A stretch of 64,000 nucleotides of DNA from Candidatus Oxydemutator sp. (GCA_965203445.1 OZ241883.1:1856001-1920000), one strand, 5' to 3'. Numbered from the stretch's first letter, positions 17,479 through 38,521 are shown. Made by a program: numbers and translations. Notes: a model not told the origin generated them from the letters alone.

Positions 17479-19134
17479 ATGACCATGGAGGCCCCGTTGC
17501 GTATCGCGCTGGCGCAGCAGAATTTCGTCGTCGGCGACCTGCGCGGCAACGCCGCCAGGATTACGCGCCTGACGCGCGCGGCGCGTGGGCGCGGCGCGCG
17601 CCTCGTTGTTTTTCCCGAACTGTCGCTGACCGGGTATTCGCCCGAGGATCTGCTGCTGCGCGACGACTTCCTGGCCGCGGTCGAGGACGCGCTCGGGCAA
17701 GTCGCGCGCGAGGCCGCCGGCATAGACGTGATCGTCGGCGCGCCGGTGCGCGATCGCGGCGCCTTGTTCAACGCCGCGCTGCACTTGTCGCACGGGAGTA
17801 TCGCGCATCGCTGTTACAAGCGCAGCCTGCCGAACTACGAGGTGTTCGACGAGAAGCGCTATTTCAGCGACGGCCCCGACGCGGCCTGCGTGTTCGCCGT
17901 CGAGGGCGTGTCGTTCGGGCTTACCGTGTGCGAGGACATTTGGCGGCCGCAGGCGGCGGCGGCCGCGGCGCGCGCCGCGGCCGACTGTCTGATCAACGTC
18001 AGCGCGTCGCCGTTCGACGTCGCCAAACAGCGGCGGCGCGACCGCGCGTTGCAGGCGCGGGTGCGCGAGACCGGCCTGGGTTTGTTGTACGTCAACCAGG
18101 TCGGCGGCCAGGACGATCTGGTATTCGACGGCGATTCGAGGGCCTATGATCGTTCCGGCGCCTGCGTGCTGCGCGCGCCGTCGTTCGAGGAAGGCGTCTA
18201 TTACTGCGAAGCGACCCGCGCCTCGCTGGTTTGCGACCAGGCGCCGTCGCCGCCGCCGGCGCCGCTCGAGATCGTCCGCCGCGCACTGGTCACGGGTCTG
18301 CGCGACTACGTCGTCCACAATGGTTTTGGCGGCGTCGTCGTCGCGTTGTCCGGCGGCATAGACTCGGCGCTGACGTTGACGCTCGCGGTCGACGCGCTCG
18401 GCGGCGCGCGCGTCAAGGCGGTGATGATGCCTTCCCCCTACACGTCGCGGCAAAGCTTGGCGGACGCGCACCGGCTCGCGCGCGCCGAGCGCGTCGAGTT
18501 GTTCGAGATTCCGATCACGCGCGTTTTCGAGACGATGCTGGGAGAACTGGCGCCGATCTTCGACGGCCGTGCGCGCGACGTCACCGAAGAAAACGTGCAG
18601 GCGCGCATACGCGGCGGTCTGTTGATGGCGTTGTCGAACAAGCTGCGTCTGATGCCGCTGGCGACGTCGAACAAAAGCGAACTCGCGGTCGGTTACTCGA
18701 CCTTGTACGGCGACATGGTGGGCGGCTACGCGCCGCTCAAGGATCTGTTCAAGAAACGCGTCTATGAATTGGCCGCACACGTCAACCGCGCACGCGAACG
18801 GATTCCGCGCGGCGTGATCGAGCGCGCACCGTCGGCGGAACTGGCGCCGGGACAGCTCGATACCGACCGCCTGCCGCCGTATCCGGTGTTGGATGCGATA
18901 CTGGAGCAACTGGTGGAGAACGACGCCTCCGCCGCCGACCTCGCGCGGCGAGGTTTCGACGCCGCCTTGCTGCGGCGCGTGCGCAACATGCTCATGAAAA
19001 GCGAATACAAAAGACGCCAGGCGCCGCCGGGCCCGAAGATCACGCGGCGCGCGTTCGGCCGGGAGCGCCGCTATCCGATCACCAGCCTGTACGACGCCGT
19101 CGCGCCAAGCGCCGCGGACGCGGCCGATCAATAG
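17479..19134 (+). CDS. nadE: Glutamine-dependent NAD+ synthetase
   Basis: Nitrilase domain (FPELSLTGY, LPNYEVFDEKRYF, CED) plus SGGIDS and ENVQARIRG. Confidence 0.95.
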   Translation: MTMEAPLRIALAQQNFVVGDLRGNAARITRLTRAARGRGARLVVFPELSLTGYSPEDLLLRDDFLAAVEDALGQVAREAAGIDVIVGAPVRDRGALFNAALHLSHGSIAHRCYKRSLPNYEVFDEKRYFSDGPDAACVFAVEGVSFGLTVCEDIWRPQAAAAAARAAADCLINVSASPFDVAKQRRRDRALQARVRETGLGLLYVNQVGGQDDLVFDGDSRAYDRSGACVLRAPSFEEGVYYCEATRASLVCDQAPSPPPAPLEIVRRALVTGLRDYVVHNGFGGVVVALSGGIDSALTLTLAVDALGGARVKAVMMPSPYTSRQSLADAHRLARAERVELFEIPITRVFETMLGELAPIFDGRARDVTEENVQARIRGGLLMALSNKLRLMPLATSNKSELAVGYSTLYGDMVGGYAPLKDLFKKRVYELAAHVNRARERIPRGVIERAPSAELAPGQLDTDRLPPYPVLDAILEQLVENDASAADLARRGFDAALLRRVRNMLMKSEYKRRQAPPGPKITRRAFGRERRYPITSLYDAVAPSAADAADQ

Positions 19135-19979
19135 CGCAGTTTGTCCAGCAGGTTGTCCGCCAAGTCGCCGAGTCTGGTCAGCCAGCCGCGCTTCGCCAAG
19201 TGCGGCGCGCCGGCTTTTTTCAGGTCGTCGTCCAGGTAGTCGGGGTAGTTGTGCTTCAGTACCCTGAGCGTGTCCCGTGCCAGGTCGTCGGCGCCGAGCC
19301 GCCGGTAGGCCTCGGCCATCAGATAGAGCGCGTCGGGGGTGTTCTGGGCGCCGTCGTATTTCTCGAGCATGTAGCGGATGCGGTTGACGGCCGCTATGTA
19401 GCTGCCCTGGCGCAGATAGAAGTCGGCGACCCGTATCTCGTACACCGCCAGCAGGTTGCGCAGCACGACCAGGTGTTCGCGCGCGCTTTCGCGGTAGCGG
19501 CTGCCGGGAAAGTTGCCGTGCAGGTGCTGGAAGGCCGTGAACGACTTTGCCAACGGGCGCGGATCCTTGGTCGTACGGTCTCTCGGCACCACCTTGTTGA
19601 GCAGGCTTTTGCCGTAGTGGAAGTAGGCCAGCCCCTTCAGGTAGTAGGCGTAGTCGAGATGGGAATGGTTCGGGTTGTTCTTGATAAAGCGCTCGACCAT
19701 GATCGTCGCGCTCTCGTTGTCGTCTATTTTGTAATGCGCGTAGGCCGACTCGAGCAGCGCCGCCTGCGCGTAGCGGCTGAACGGGTAGCTGCTCTCCAGT
19801 TTCTGGTAGTTCTCTATCGCGGTCGCGTAATAGCCGTTCTGCAGGCTGGTCTTGGCGGTGGTGTAAAGGTAGTCCGCCTGGCGCGCCTCTTTGTCCTGGT
19901 CGTCGCCGAACGTCGCGCAGCCGGAGGCGCCCGCGAGCAAAGCCGCCGCCAAAATCGCCGATACGTGGCGCCTGAACAT
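19128..19979 (-). CDS. bamD: Outer membrane protein assembly factor BamD
   Basis: Lipobox ASGC, TPRs (YPFSRYAQ, DYAYYLKGL, YIAAVNR); divergent from rluD. Confidence 0.93.
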   Translation of the reverse strand: MFRRHVSAILAAALLAGASGCATFGDDQDKEARQADYLYTTAKTSLQNGYYATAIENYQKLESSYPFSRYAQAALLESAYAHYKIDDNESATIMVERFIKNNPNHSHLDYAYYLKGLAYFHYGKSLLNKVVPRDRTTKDPRPLAKSFTAFQHLHGNFPGSRYRESAREHLVVLRNLLAVYEIRVADFYLRQGSYIAAVNRIRYMLEKYDGAQNTPDALYLMAEAYRRLGADDLARDTLRVLKHNYPDYLDDDLKKAGAPHLAKRGWLTRLGDLADNLLDKLRY

Positions 19980-19985
19980 CCGGCT

Positions 19986-20054
19986 ATTATACTTCGGCGC
20001 ACGAACCGGCACACAAGCGGCGCGTGTGCCGCCGGCCCCGTAAGGCGTTACAAT
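19986..20054. promoter_or_regulatory. Divergent -10 boxes for bamD and rluD, both leaderless candidates
   Basis: TATAAT on minus strand at 19991-19986 (6 nt to ATG 19979); TACAAT on plus strand at 20049-20054 (8 nt to ATG 20063). Confidence 0.5.
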
Positions 20055-20062
20055 TTCCGCCG

Positions 20063-21025
20063 ATGGGTGATCTTTTGCGAGCCGTAATCGGCGAGGCGCA
20101 ATCCGGCGCGCGCCTCGACAAGGCGATGGCCGAGCTGTTCTCCGGCTATTCGCGCAGCTTTCTGCAAGACTGCATACGGCGGGGGTGCGTGCTGGTGAAC
20201 GGCGGCGTGCCGAAAGTTCGCGACCTGGTGTCGGCCGGCCAGCACGTCGCCTTTCGCCCGCCGGCGGCGCCGGCGAACGCCGCCGTCGCCGAACCGCTGC
20301 CGCTGACGATAGTCCACGAGGACGACGAGCTGTTGGTGATAGACAAGCCGCCCGGCATGGTCGTGCATCCGGCCGCCGGACACGCGCGCGGCACCGTTGT
20401 GAACGCGGTGCTGCACCACTGCCCTCAGGCCGGCGCGCTGCCGCGCGCCGGTCTCGTGCATCGCCTGGACAAGGACACCAGCGGTCTGATGGTCGTGGCC
20501 AAGACGCGCGGCGCACATCAATCGCTGAGCGCGCAGTTGCGCGCGCGCTCGGTCAAGCGTAGTTACCTGGCGCTGGTGCGCGGGCGCGTCATCGCCGGCG
20601 ACACCATAGAGGCGCCCATCGGACGTCATCCGCGCGACCGCAAACGCATGGCGGTGCGCGACGGCGGGCGCGCCGCGGTGACCCGCTATCGCGTCGCCCG
20701 TCGTTTCGCCGCGCATACGTTGCTCGAGGTCGAGCTTGCGACCGGGCGCACGCACCAGATTCGCGTGCACATGGCGCATATCGGCCACGCGGTTTTCGGC
20801 GATCCGGTGTACGGCGGGCGTCAGCGACCGCTCGTGGGCGCGCCGCCGCGCGTCCGGCGGATGGTGCGCGCGTTCGGACGCCAGGCGCTGCACGCCGCCG
20901 AGTTGTCGTTGTTGCACCCCGGCAGCGGAGCGCCCTCGGCTTGGCGCGTCGAACCGCCCGACGATATGCGCCGGTTGCTCGACTCGCTTGTGCAAATGGA
21001 AGCGATGGGTGGCGGCGACGGATAG
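20063..21025 (+). CDS. rluD: 23S rRNA pseudouridine synthase RluD
   Basis: S4 domain, HRLDKDTSG, TGRTHQIRVH, QALHA. Confidence 0.95.
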   Translation: MGDLLRAVIGEAQSGARLDKAMAELFSGYSRSFLQDCIRRGCVLVNGGVPKVRDLVSAGQHVAFRPPAAPANAAVAEPLPLTIVHEDDELLVIDKPPGMVVHPAAGHARGTVVNAVLHHCPQAGALPRAGLVHRLDKDTSGLMVVAKTRGAHQSLSAQLRARSVKRSYLALVRGRVIAGDTIEAPIGRHPRDRKRMAVRDGGRAAVTRYRVARRFAAHTLLEVELATGRTHQIRVHMAHIGHAVFGDPVYGGRQRPLVGAPPRVRRMVRAFGRQALHAAELSLLHPGSGAPSAWRVEPPDDMRRLLDSLVQMEAMGGGDG

Positions 21026-21776
21026 AATTCGCGGCGGTATAGTGCATCCGTGCTGGCGCGCACCGGTGCGCGTTCACGCGGCGGTATCCACGCGCAACGG
21101 CGGTTGCAGCGCGCCGCCTTTCGACAGCTGCAACGTTTCCGAAGGCGTCGGCGACGATACCCGTGCCGTCGCCGAGAACCGCCGCCGCCTGCGCGAGCGC
21201 CTGGGTCTGCCGAGCGAACCCGTCTGGCTCGACCAGGAGCACGGCTGCGGCGTCGTCGCCGCCGAGAACGCACCGGCGCGGCGCCGTGCCGATGCGTCGG
21301 TGTCGTTCGCGTCGGGGACGGTATGCACCGTTACCGTAGCGGATTGCCTGCCCGTGTTGTTTTGCGACCGCGACGCCACCCGCGTCGCCGCGGCCCATGC
21401 CGGTTGGCGCGGCTTGGCCGGCGGCGTGCTCGAGGCGACCGTCGCCGCGCTCGATTGCGAGCCGCGGAAATTGATCGCGTGGCTGGGGCCTGCGATAGGG
21501 CCGCATGCTTTTCACGTCGGCGACGACGTGCGCGAACGCTTTGTCGGGCAGGATGAGGAGTGTGCCCTGGCTTTTTTGCCCGACAATACCGGCGCGTGGT
21601 TGGCCGACTTGTACCAACTGGCGAGGCTGCGTCTGGCGCGCCTGAACGTGGGCGAGGTGAGCGGCGGCTTCCATTGCACGTTCACGAACGAGCGGCACTT
21701 CTTCTCCCATCGGCGCGATGGCCGCACCGGACGCATGGCCGCCTGCGTCTGGCTTGCGCGCACGGCCGCCGCGTGA
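21009..21776 (+). CDS. pgeF: Peptidoglycan editing factor PgeF/YfiH
   Basis: QEHG, VADCLPV, AHAGWRG, FFSHRRDGRTGRM; GTG start estimated. Confidence 0.92.
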   Translation: MAATDRIRGGIVHPCWRAPVRVHAAVSTRNGGCSAPPFDSCNVSEGVGDDTRAVAENRRRLRERLGLPSEPVWLDQEHGCGVVAAENAPARRRADASVSFASGTVCTVTVADCLPVLFCDRDATRVAAAHAGWRGLAGGVLEATVAALDCEPRKLIAWLGPAIGPHAFHVGDDVRERFVGQDEECALAFLPDNTGAWLADLYQLARLRLARLNVGEVSGGFHCTFTNERHFFSHRRDGRTGRMAACVWLARTAAA

Positions 21777-22000
21777 GAAGCCCCGGATGCCGGCGCGGTA
21801 ACGCCGCCACGCCCGGGCGCCACCGGCGGCGCCCGTGGACGCAAAACGATTGCCGTCCGTGGTGGCTAAGGCGATAACCAGGCGGCGGCGCGGTTCAAGC
21901 CACGGAGCGGTGCCGGATCACCTGTGGAGACGCTGGCGGGGAGACCCTGAAAACGCCAAGCGCTGCCGGCAATAGGACATCTGTGCTTTGGTTTGACACA

Positions 22001-22029
22001 TTGACAATCCTGTATTATTCAGCCATAAT
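22001..22029 (+). promoter_or_regulatory. Sigma70 promoter of the tRNA-tuf operon
   Basis: TTGACA(22001-22006)-17 nt-CATAAT(22024-22029). Confidence 0.75.
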
Positions 22030-22041
22030 ACGCTGTTTCCC

Positions 22042-22126
22042 GGAGGGGTACCCAAGCGGTCAACGGGGGCAGACTGTAAATCTGCTGGCTATGCCTTCGT
22101 AGGTTCGAATCCTACCCCCTCCACCA
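22042..22126 (+). tRNA. tRNA-Tyr(GTA)
   Basis: GGAGGGG/CCCCTCC acceptor stem, CTGTAAA loop, long variable arm, GGTTCGAATCC, CCA end. Confidence 0.97.
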
Positions 22127-22223
22127 TGAAAATGCAGGAGGGGGTAGCCGGGAATAACCGGGGTGGCCATGAGCGCGGAAATGGCAGTCGCAACCGGATT
22201 GCAGGAGGCCGGAACGATTCCGT

Positions 22224-22297
<74 letters not shown>

Positions 22298-22324
22298 GCG
22301 AAGCGCAGGGACGCCCTGAGCCGC

Positions 22325-22399
22325 GCCCATATAGCTCAGTGGTAGAGCACTTTCTTGGTAAGGAAGAGGTCACCGGTTCAATCCCGGTTATGGGCTCCA
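22325..22399 (+). tRNA. tRNA-Thr(GGT)
   Basis: GCCCATA/TATGGGC acceptor stem, TTGGTAA loop, CCA end. Confidence 0.97.
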
Positions 22400-22427
22400 A
22401 TTCACCAACCGTTCGCAGGAAAACACG

Positions 22428-23618
22428 ATGTCGAAAGAGAAATTTGAGAGGACGAAGCCGCACGTAAACGTAGGCACGATAGGCCACGTGGATCACGGCA
22501 AGACGACGCTGACGGCGGCGCTGACGAAGGTGTTGTCGGAGAGTCAGGGCGGGGAGTATCGTTCGTATGATCAGATAGACAACGCGCCGGAGGAGCGCGA
22601 GCGAGGGATCACGATAGCGACGGCGCACGTGGAGTATGAGTCTGCGGGTCGTCATTACGCGCACGTGGACTGTCCGGGGCACGCGGACTACATCAAGAAC
22701 ATGATAACGGGCGCGGCGCAGATGGACGGGGCGATATTGGTGGTGAGCGCGTCGGACGGACCGATGCCGCAGACGCGGGAGCACATATTGCTGGCGCGTC
22801 AGGTGGGGGTGCCGCACGTGGTGGTGTATTTGAACAAGGCGGACATGGTGGACGACAAGGAGTTGATGGAGTTGGTGGAGATGGAGGTGCGGGAGTTGCT
22901 GACGAGTTACGAGTTTCCGGGGGAGGAGGTACCGATAGTGTCGGGTTCGGCGCTGAAGGCGTTGGAGGGAGACGAGGGTGAGCACGGATCGGGTTCGATC
23001 ATGAAGTTGGTGGGGGCGATGGATGAGTATATTCCGGAGCCGGAGCGGGCGGTGGACGGTGATTTTCTGATGCCGGTGGAGGACGTATTTTCGATTTCGG
23101 GCCGGGGCACGGTGGTGACGGGTCGTATAGAGCGTGGAGTGGTGAAGGTGGGAGACGAGGTGGGTATAGTGGGCGTGCGCGAGACGACGTCGACGACGTG
23201 CACGGGAGTGGAGATGTTCAGGAAGTTGTTGGACGAGGGACGCGCGGGGGACAACGTGGGGGTGTTGCTGCGCGGGACGAAGCGCGAGGAGGTGGAGCGG
23301 GGTCAGGTATTGTGCAAGCCGGGGTCGATCACGCCGCACGTGGAGTTTGAGTCGGAGGTGTACGTGTTGTCGAAGGAGGAGGGTGGTCGTCACACGCCGT
23401 TTTTCAAGGGTTATCGTCCGCAGTTTTATTTTCGGACGACGGACGTGACGGGCGAGGTGGAGTTGGAGTCGGGAGTGGAGATGGTGATGCCGGGGGACAA
23501 CGTGAAGTTCAAGGTGAGGTTGATAGCGCCGATAGCGATGGACGAGGGACTGCGATTTGCGATTCGCGAGGGCGGGCGCACGGTCGGCGCCGGCGTCGTC
23601 ACCAAGGTGTTGAAGTAA
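22428..23618 (+). CDS. tuf: Elongation factor Tu (copy next to tRNAs/secE)
   Basis: [33 protein letters not shown]. Confidence 0.99.
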   Translation: MSKEKFERTKPHVNVGTIGHVDHGKTTLTAALTKVLSESQGGEYRSYDQIDNAPEERERGITIATAHVEYESAGRHYAHVDCPGHADYIKNMITGAAQMDGAILVVSASDGPMPQTREHILLARQVGVPHVVVYLNKADMVDDKELMELVEMEVRELLTSYEFPGEEVPIVSGSALKALEGDEGEHGSGSIMKLVGAMDEYIPEPERAVDGDFLMPVEDVFSISGRGTVVTGRIERGVVKVGDEVGIVGVRETTSTTCTGVEMFRKLLDEGRAGDNVGVLLRGTKREEVERGQVLCKPGSITPHVEFESEVYVLSKEEGGRHTPFFKGYRPQFYFRTTDVTGEVELESGVEMVMPGDNVKFKVRLIAPIAMDEGLRFAIREGGRTVGAGVVTKVLK

Positions 23619-23692
23619 TGCCGCGCGGTGTCATCGGCGGTGTCGTGGCGGATGCCGTCGCACCGAAGACTTCGCCCAGGGGTTTGCACGAC

Positions 23693-23768
<76 letters not shown>

Positions 23769-23796
23769 TTTTCTGACGGAGCAGGGCGCAAATACC

Positions 23797-24168
23797 ATGG
23801 CGGGCAAGACGGCCGAGCGCGGGTTCACGTTTCAGGATCAGGCAAAGCTGGCGGTGGCGGCGATCGCGCTGGTCGTCGGCATCGGCTTGTTCTACTACCT
23901 CGAGGAGCAGGGATTGTTCATTCAGGTGCTGGCGCTTCTAGCGATGACCACGCTTGCGATCGTGCTTTTTTTCATGACCGCACCCGGCGGCGAGGCCGCG
24001 GAGTTTATGAAAGGTTCGCGCATCGAGCTGCAAAAAATGGTGTGGCCGGGGCGCAGCGAGATTCTGCACTCGACGCTGCTGGTGTTCGCCGTCATCTTCA
24101 TCGTCGCGTTGTTTTTGTGGCTGTTGGACATGTTCCTGGCGTGGTTCATGCAGTTGTTGATCAAGTGA
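23797..24168 (+). CDS. secE: Preprotein translocase subunit SecE (3-TM type)
   Basis: ELQKMVWP motif; synteny. Confidence 0.95.
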   Translation: MAGKTAERGFTFQDQAKLAVAAIALVVGIGLFYYLEEQGLFIQVLALLAMTTLAIVLFFMTAPGGEAAEFMKGSRIELQKMVWPGRSEILHSTLLVFAVIFIVALFLWLLDMFLAWFMQLLIK

Positions 24169-24174
24169 ATCGCC

Positions 24175-24753
24175 GTGAACGAGGTCGCGTCCGCTGATGA
24201 ACGAAGCGCCGGCACCGTGTCCGGCCTGGAGTGGTACGTGGTGCACGTTTATTCAGGCTACGAGGCGCGCGTCATGCAGTCTCTCGAAGAGCGCATCGGA
24301 CGTTACGGGATGCAGCAGAGGTTCGGGCGTATCATGATGCCGAAAGAGGAGATCGTCGAGATGCGCTCGGGCCAGAAGCGCAAGGTCACGCGCAAGTTTT
24401 TCCCGGGCTATCTGCTGGTCGAGATGAAAATGGACGAGGACACGTGGCACCTGGTCAACAACGTGCCGCGCGTGATGGGTTTCATCGGCGGTTCGCGCGA
24501 GAAGCCGTCGCCGGTGCCGCAGGATGAGGTGGATGCGGTGCTCAATCGCCTGAAGGAGGGCACCGGCAAGCTGCGCCCGCGCGTGTTATTCGAGGTCGGC
24601 GAGGTGGTGCGCGTGATAGACGGCCCGTTCAACGACTTCGAAGGCAGCGTCGAGGAGGTCAATTACGAGAAAAGCCGGCTATTGGTACGGGTGCAGATTT
24701 TCGGGCGTCCGACGCCGGTCGAGCTGTCTTTCGACCAGGTCGAGAAGACCTGA
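24175..24753 (+). CDS. nusG: Transcription factor NusG
   Basis: [19 protein letters not shown] domain, [10 protein letters not shown]. Confidence 0.97.
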   Translation: MNEVASADERSAGTVSGLEWYVVHVYSGYEARVMQSLEERIGRYGMQQRFGRIMMPKEEIVEMRSGQKRKVTRKFFPGYLLVEMKMDEDTWHLVNNVPRVMGFIGGSREKPSPVPQDEVDAVLNRLKEGTGKLRPRVLFEVGEVVRVIDGPFNDFEGSVEEVNYEKSRLLVRVQIFGRPTPVELSFDQVEKT

Positions 24754-24766
24754 CGGCGGCCGTTTC

Positions 24767-25198
24767 ATGGCTAAGAAAATCGAGACGTACATCAAGATGC
24801 AGGTTCCGGCGGGCGACGCCAATCCAAGCCCGCCGGTCGGCCCGGCGCTCGGCCAGCATGGTCTGAACATCATGGACTTCTGCAAGGCGTTCAACGCGCG
24901 CAGCAAGGAGCTTGAAAAGGGTTTGCCGGTGCCGGTAGTCATCGCCGTGTACAGCGACAAGAGTTTCACTTTCGTCATCAAGTCGCCGCCGGCCTCGGTG
25001 CTGCTGAAAAAAGCCGCGGGCGTGGACAAGGGCAGCGGCACGCCGAACCTCGAGAAGGTCGGCAAGGTCACCCGCCGGCAGCTGGAGGAAATCGTCGCCC
25101 AGAAGGAGCCCGACCTGACCGCGGGCGGTATGGACGCGGCGGTGCGCACGATCGCCGGCAGCGCGCGTAGCATGGGCCTCGAGGTGGAGGACGCATAG
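24767..25198 (+). CDS. rplK: 50S ribosomal protein L11
   Basis: [13 protein letters not shown]. Confidence 0.98.
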   Translation: MAKKIETYIKMQVPAGDANPSPPVGPALGQHGLNIMDFCKAFNARSKELEKGLPVPVVIAVYSDKSFTFVIKSPPASVLLKKAAGVDKGSGTPNLEKVGKVTRRQLEEIVAQKEPDLTAGGMDAAVRTIAGSARSMGLEVEDA

Positions 25199-25897
25199 AT
25201 GGCGCGGCGCTTGTCGAAGAGGGGCCGACGCATCGCCGAGCAGTGCGATCGCTCCTGCTCCTATGCTCCGGCTGAGGCGTTCAAGTTGTTGAAGCAGTGC
25301 CCGCCCGCGAACTTCGGCGAGTCGGTTGACGCCAGCGTCAGGCTTGGCGTGGACGCGCGCAAGGGCGACCAGATGGTGCGCGGTGCCGCGAGTCTGCCGC
25401 ACGGTCTCGGCAAGCCGGTGCGCGTCGCGGTCTTTGCCGAAGGCGACCAGGCCGCCGCGGCCGAGCAGGCCGGTGCCGACGCGGTCGGCCTCGACGATCT
25501 GATCGCGCGCGCGCGCGACGGCGATTTCGACTATGACGCGGTGGTCGCGGCGCCCGCGGCGATGCCCGCGCTCGGCAAGATCGGGGCGCTGCTGGGGCCG
25601 CGCGGGCTGATGCCGAATCCCAAGGACGGCACCGTGACCGACGACGTCGCCGCGGCGGTGCGCGGCATCAAGCAGGGCCGCGCGCGCTACCGCATAGACA
25701 AGGCCGGCGTCGTTCATTGCAGCATCGGGCGGCTCGACTTCGACGTCGCTCAGCTGGAAGAAAACTTGAACGCGCTGGTCGCCGCACTCGTGCGCGCCAG
25801 GCCGGCGGCGGCCAAGGGCGTTTATCTCAGGAAAGTGTCGGTTTCCTCGACCATGGGGCCGGGGCTGGTGATCGATCAGGGCGCGTTGAGCTACTGA
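25199..25897 (+). CDS. rplA: 50S ribosomal protein L1
   Basis: LPHGLGK, LGPRGLMPNPK, SSTMGPG. Confidence 0.98.
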   Translation: MARRLSKRGRRIAEQCDRSCSYAPAEAFKLLKQCPPANFGESVDASVRLGVDARKGDQMVRGAASLPHGLGKPVRVAVFAEGDQAAAAEQAGADAVGLDDLIARARDGDFDYDAVVAAPAAMPALGKIGALLGPRGLMPNPKDGTVTDDVAAAVRGIKQGRARYRIDKAGVVHCSIGRLDFDVAQLEENLNALVAALVRARPAAAKGVYLRKVSVSSTMGPGLVIDQGALSY

Positions 25898-25912
25898 CGG
25901 GAAGAGTATGAG

Positions 25913-26443
25913 ATGGCGCTGAATCCGGAAGGCAAGAGACGGGTCGTGGCCGAGGTCGCCGCGGCCGCGGCCCAGGCGACGTCGGCGATCGCCGCCGACT
26001 ACCGCGGTCTGAGCGTGGTCGAGATGACCCGCCTGCGCAGGCAGGCGCGGGAGCAGGGAGTGTATCTGCGCGTCGTCAAGAACACGCTGGCGCGTCGCGC
26101 ACTGGCGGACACGCCCTTCGCGTGCATGGAGGCGGCGCTCGGCGGGCCGCTGCTGCTTGCGTTTTCCTACGAAAACATAGGGGCTGCGGCCGGACTGATC
26201 CGGGATTTTTACAAGGACGGCGGCCTGCCCGAGGTCAAAATTATCGCTTTCGACGGCGAATTGCAGGATTTGTCGCAGGTGGAGCGCCTGGCCACGCTGC
26301 CGACGCACGAACGGGCGCTCGGCGCGTTGATGGCCGTGCTCAAGGCGCCGCTCGAGAAACTGGCGCGCGCACTGGCGGCGCCCGCGTCGAAGTTGGCGCG
26401 CACGCTGGCCGCGCTGCGCGACGACAAGCAGAAGTCGGTGTGA
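25913..26443 (+). CDS. rplJ: 50S ribosomal protein L10
   Basis: DYRGL, VVKNTLARRA. Confidence 0.97.
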   Translation: MALNPEGKRRVVAEVAAAAAQATSAIAADYRGLSVVEMTRLRRQAREQGVYLRVVKNTLARRALADTPFACMEAALGGPLLLAFSYENIGAAAGLIRDFYKDGGLPEVKIIAFDGELQDLSQVERLATLPTHERALGALMAVLKAPLEKLARALAAPASKLARTLAALRDDKQKSV

Positions 26444-26499
26444 GCGCCGGACGCGCGTCATAGAATTACCCAAGCCCACTCAAGCAAGGAGAAAACACG

Positions 26500-26877
26500 A
26501 TGGCCCTATCCAAAGAAGAAATACTGGACGCAATTTCCGCGATGTCCGTGATGGACGTGGTCGACCTGGTTTCGGCGATGGAGGAGAAGTTCGGCGTCTC
26601 GGCGGCGGCCGTCGCGGCCGCTCCGGTGGCGGCGGCTGCCGGCGAAACGGCGGAGGAGACCGAAAAGGACGAGTTCACCGTCGTTCTGGCCGGTATCGGC
26701 GACAACAAGGTGGCCGTTATCAAGGCAGTGCGCACGGTCACCGACCTCGGCCTCAAGGAAGCCAAGGAGTTGGTCGAAGGCGCGCCGGGCACGCTGCGCG
26801 AGGGCGTGGCCAAGAAAGAAGCAGAGGAGATCAAGAGCAAGCTCGAAGAAGCGGGCGCTTCGGTTGAGCTTACATGA
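26500..26877 (+). CDS. rplL: 50S ribosomal protein L7/L12
   Basis: [21 protein letters not shown]. Confidence 0.98.
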   Translation: MALSKEEILDAISAMSVMDVVDLVSAMEEKFGVSAAAVAAAPVAAAAGETAEETEKDEFTVVLAGIGDNKVAVIKAVRTVTDLGLKEAKELVEGAPGTLREGVAKKEAEEIKSKLEEAGASVELT

Positions 26878-27023
26878 GCCGCGAACGGCGGCGCGGCGCC
26901 GCGTCCTGGTCACGCCTCTGGCACGAAGAGGCACGGGAAAAGTCCGCCTGCATTCCTGCCGCGTTCTCTCTCCGGCACGGCCCGGGGACGAGGACGCGCC
27001 GTAACTGAGCCTGGAGGGAACGC

Positions 27024-31121
<4,098 letters not shown>

Positions 31122-31152
31122 CGCGCGTCGCGAACACCAAGCCGGAGAAAAC

Positions 31153-35325
<4,173 letters not shown>

Positions 35326-35399
35326 CTGAGTAGGCGCCGGATTTTGCGCTGCCCGGATCGGGGTACGGTGTTCCAATGCGCCTGGGACGCGCATGTCCT

Positions 35400-35434
35400 T
35401 TTACTTCTGGTTGACTTCCAGTTATAATAACTGG
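35400..35434 (+). promoter_or_regulatory. str operon promoter with a perfect 8-1-8 palindrome over the -10 box
   Basis: TTTACT(35400-35405)-17 nt-TATAAT(35423-35428); CCAGTTAT-A-ATAACTGG at 35418-35434. Confidence 0.6.
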
Positions 35435-35493
35435 CTACTTTGTCCTTTCCCGCCGAGGCGCGGGAGAGGCCGTATTTGTCAACGTTCAAGGAC

Positions 35494-35868
35494 ATGGCGA
35501 CTATCAACCAGCTGGTGCGCAAGCCCAGAAAGCGCAAGATGGAAAAGAGCGGCGTGACCGCGCTCGAGAGCTGCCCGCAAAAGCGCGGTGTCTGCGTCCG
35601 CGTCTATACGACGACGCCGAAGAAACCGAACTCGGCGTTGCGCAAGGTCGCGCGCGTGCGCCTGACGAACGGCTATGAGGTCACCACCTATATCGGCGGC
35701 GAGGGGCACAACCTGCAGGAGCACTCGGTCGTGTTGATTCGCGGCGGGCGCGTCAAGGATCTGCCCGGAGTGCGTTATCACACCGTGCGCGGCAGCCTCG
35801 ATACGCAAGGCGTCGAAGGCCGCAGGCAGGGACGCTCCAAATACGGCGCCAAGCGCCCCAACGCATAA
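35494..35868 (+). CDS. rpsL: 30S ribosomal protein S12
   Basis: [30 protein letters not shown]. Confidence 0.99.
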   Translation: MATINQLVRKPRKRKMEKSGVTALESCPQKRGVCVRVYTTTPKKPNSALRKVARVRLTNGYEVTTYIGGEGHNLQEHSVVLIRGGRVKDLPGVRYHTVRGSLDTQGVEGRRQGRSKYGAKRPNA

Positions 35869-35880
35869 AGAGGCCGCCCG

Positions 35881-36408
35881 ATGTCGCGCCGCAAAGAAGT
35901 TCCGAGAAGGCAGATCACGCTCGATCCGAAATACCAGGATGAGACGGTCGCCAAGTTCATCAACCTGGTGATGCGCGCCGGCAAAAAGTCGGGTGCCGAG
36001 AAGATAGTGTATCGCGCCCTGAACAAAGCATCCGACAAGGCGTCCGAGGCCTTGCCCGAGGCGGCGTCCAAAGAGGTTCCCGCGGGCGCCGCCGGCGGCG
36101 TCGCCGAGGAACTGGAGATTTTCAAGACCGCGCTGCAAAACGTGAAGCCGCGCGTCGAGGTCAAGTCGCGGCGCGTCGGCGGCGCCACCTACCAGGTGCC
36201 GGTCGAGGTGCGTCCGGTGCGCCAGTTGACGCTGGCGATGCGCTGGGTCATCGAAGCCGCGCGCAAGCGCGGTTCGCAATCCATGATCGAGAAGCTGGCG
36301 GCGGAGTTGGCCGACGCCTACGCCAACAAAGGCGCCGCGGTCAAGCGGCGCGAGGACACGCTGAAAATGGCCGAGGCCAACAAGGCCTTTTCCCACTACC
36401 GGTGGTGA
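35881..36408 (+). CDS. rpsG: 30S ribosomal protein S7 (with internal insertion)
   Basis: [25 protein letters not shown]. Confidence 0.98.
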   Translation: MSRRKEVPRRQITLDPKYQDETVAKFINLVMRAGKKSGAEKIVYRALNKASDKASEALPEAASKEVPAGAAGGVAEELEIFKTALQNVKPRVEVKSRRVGGATYQVPVEVRPVRQLTLAMRWVIEAARKRGSQSMIEKLAAELADAYANKGAAVKRREDTLKMAEANKAFSHYRW

Positions 36409-36409
36409 C

Positions 36410-38509
<2,100 letters not shown>

Positions 38510-38521
38510 CCAGGAGCGACC

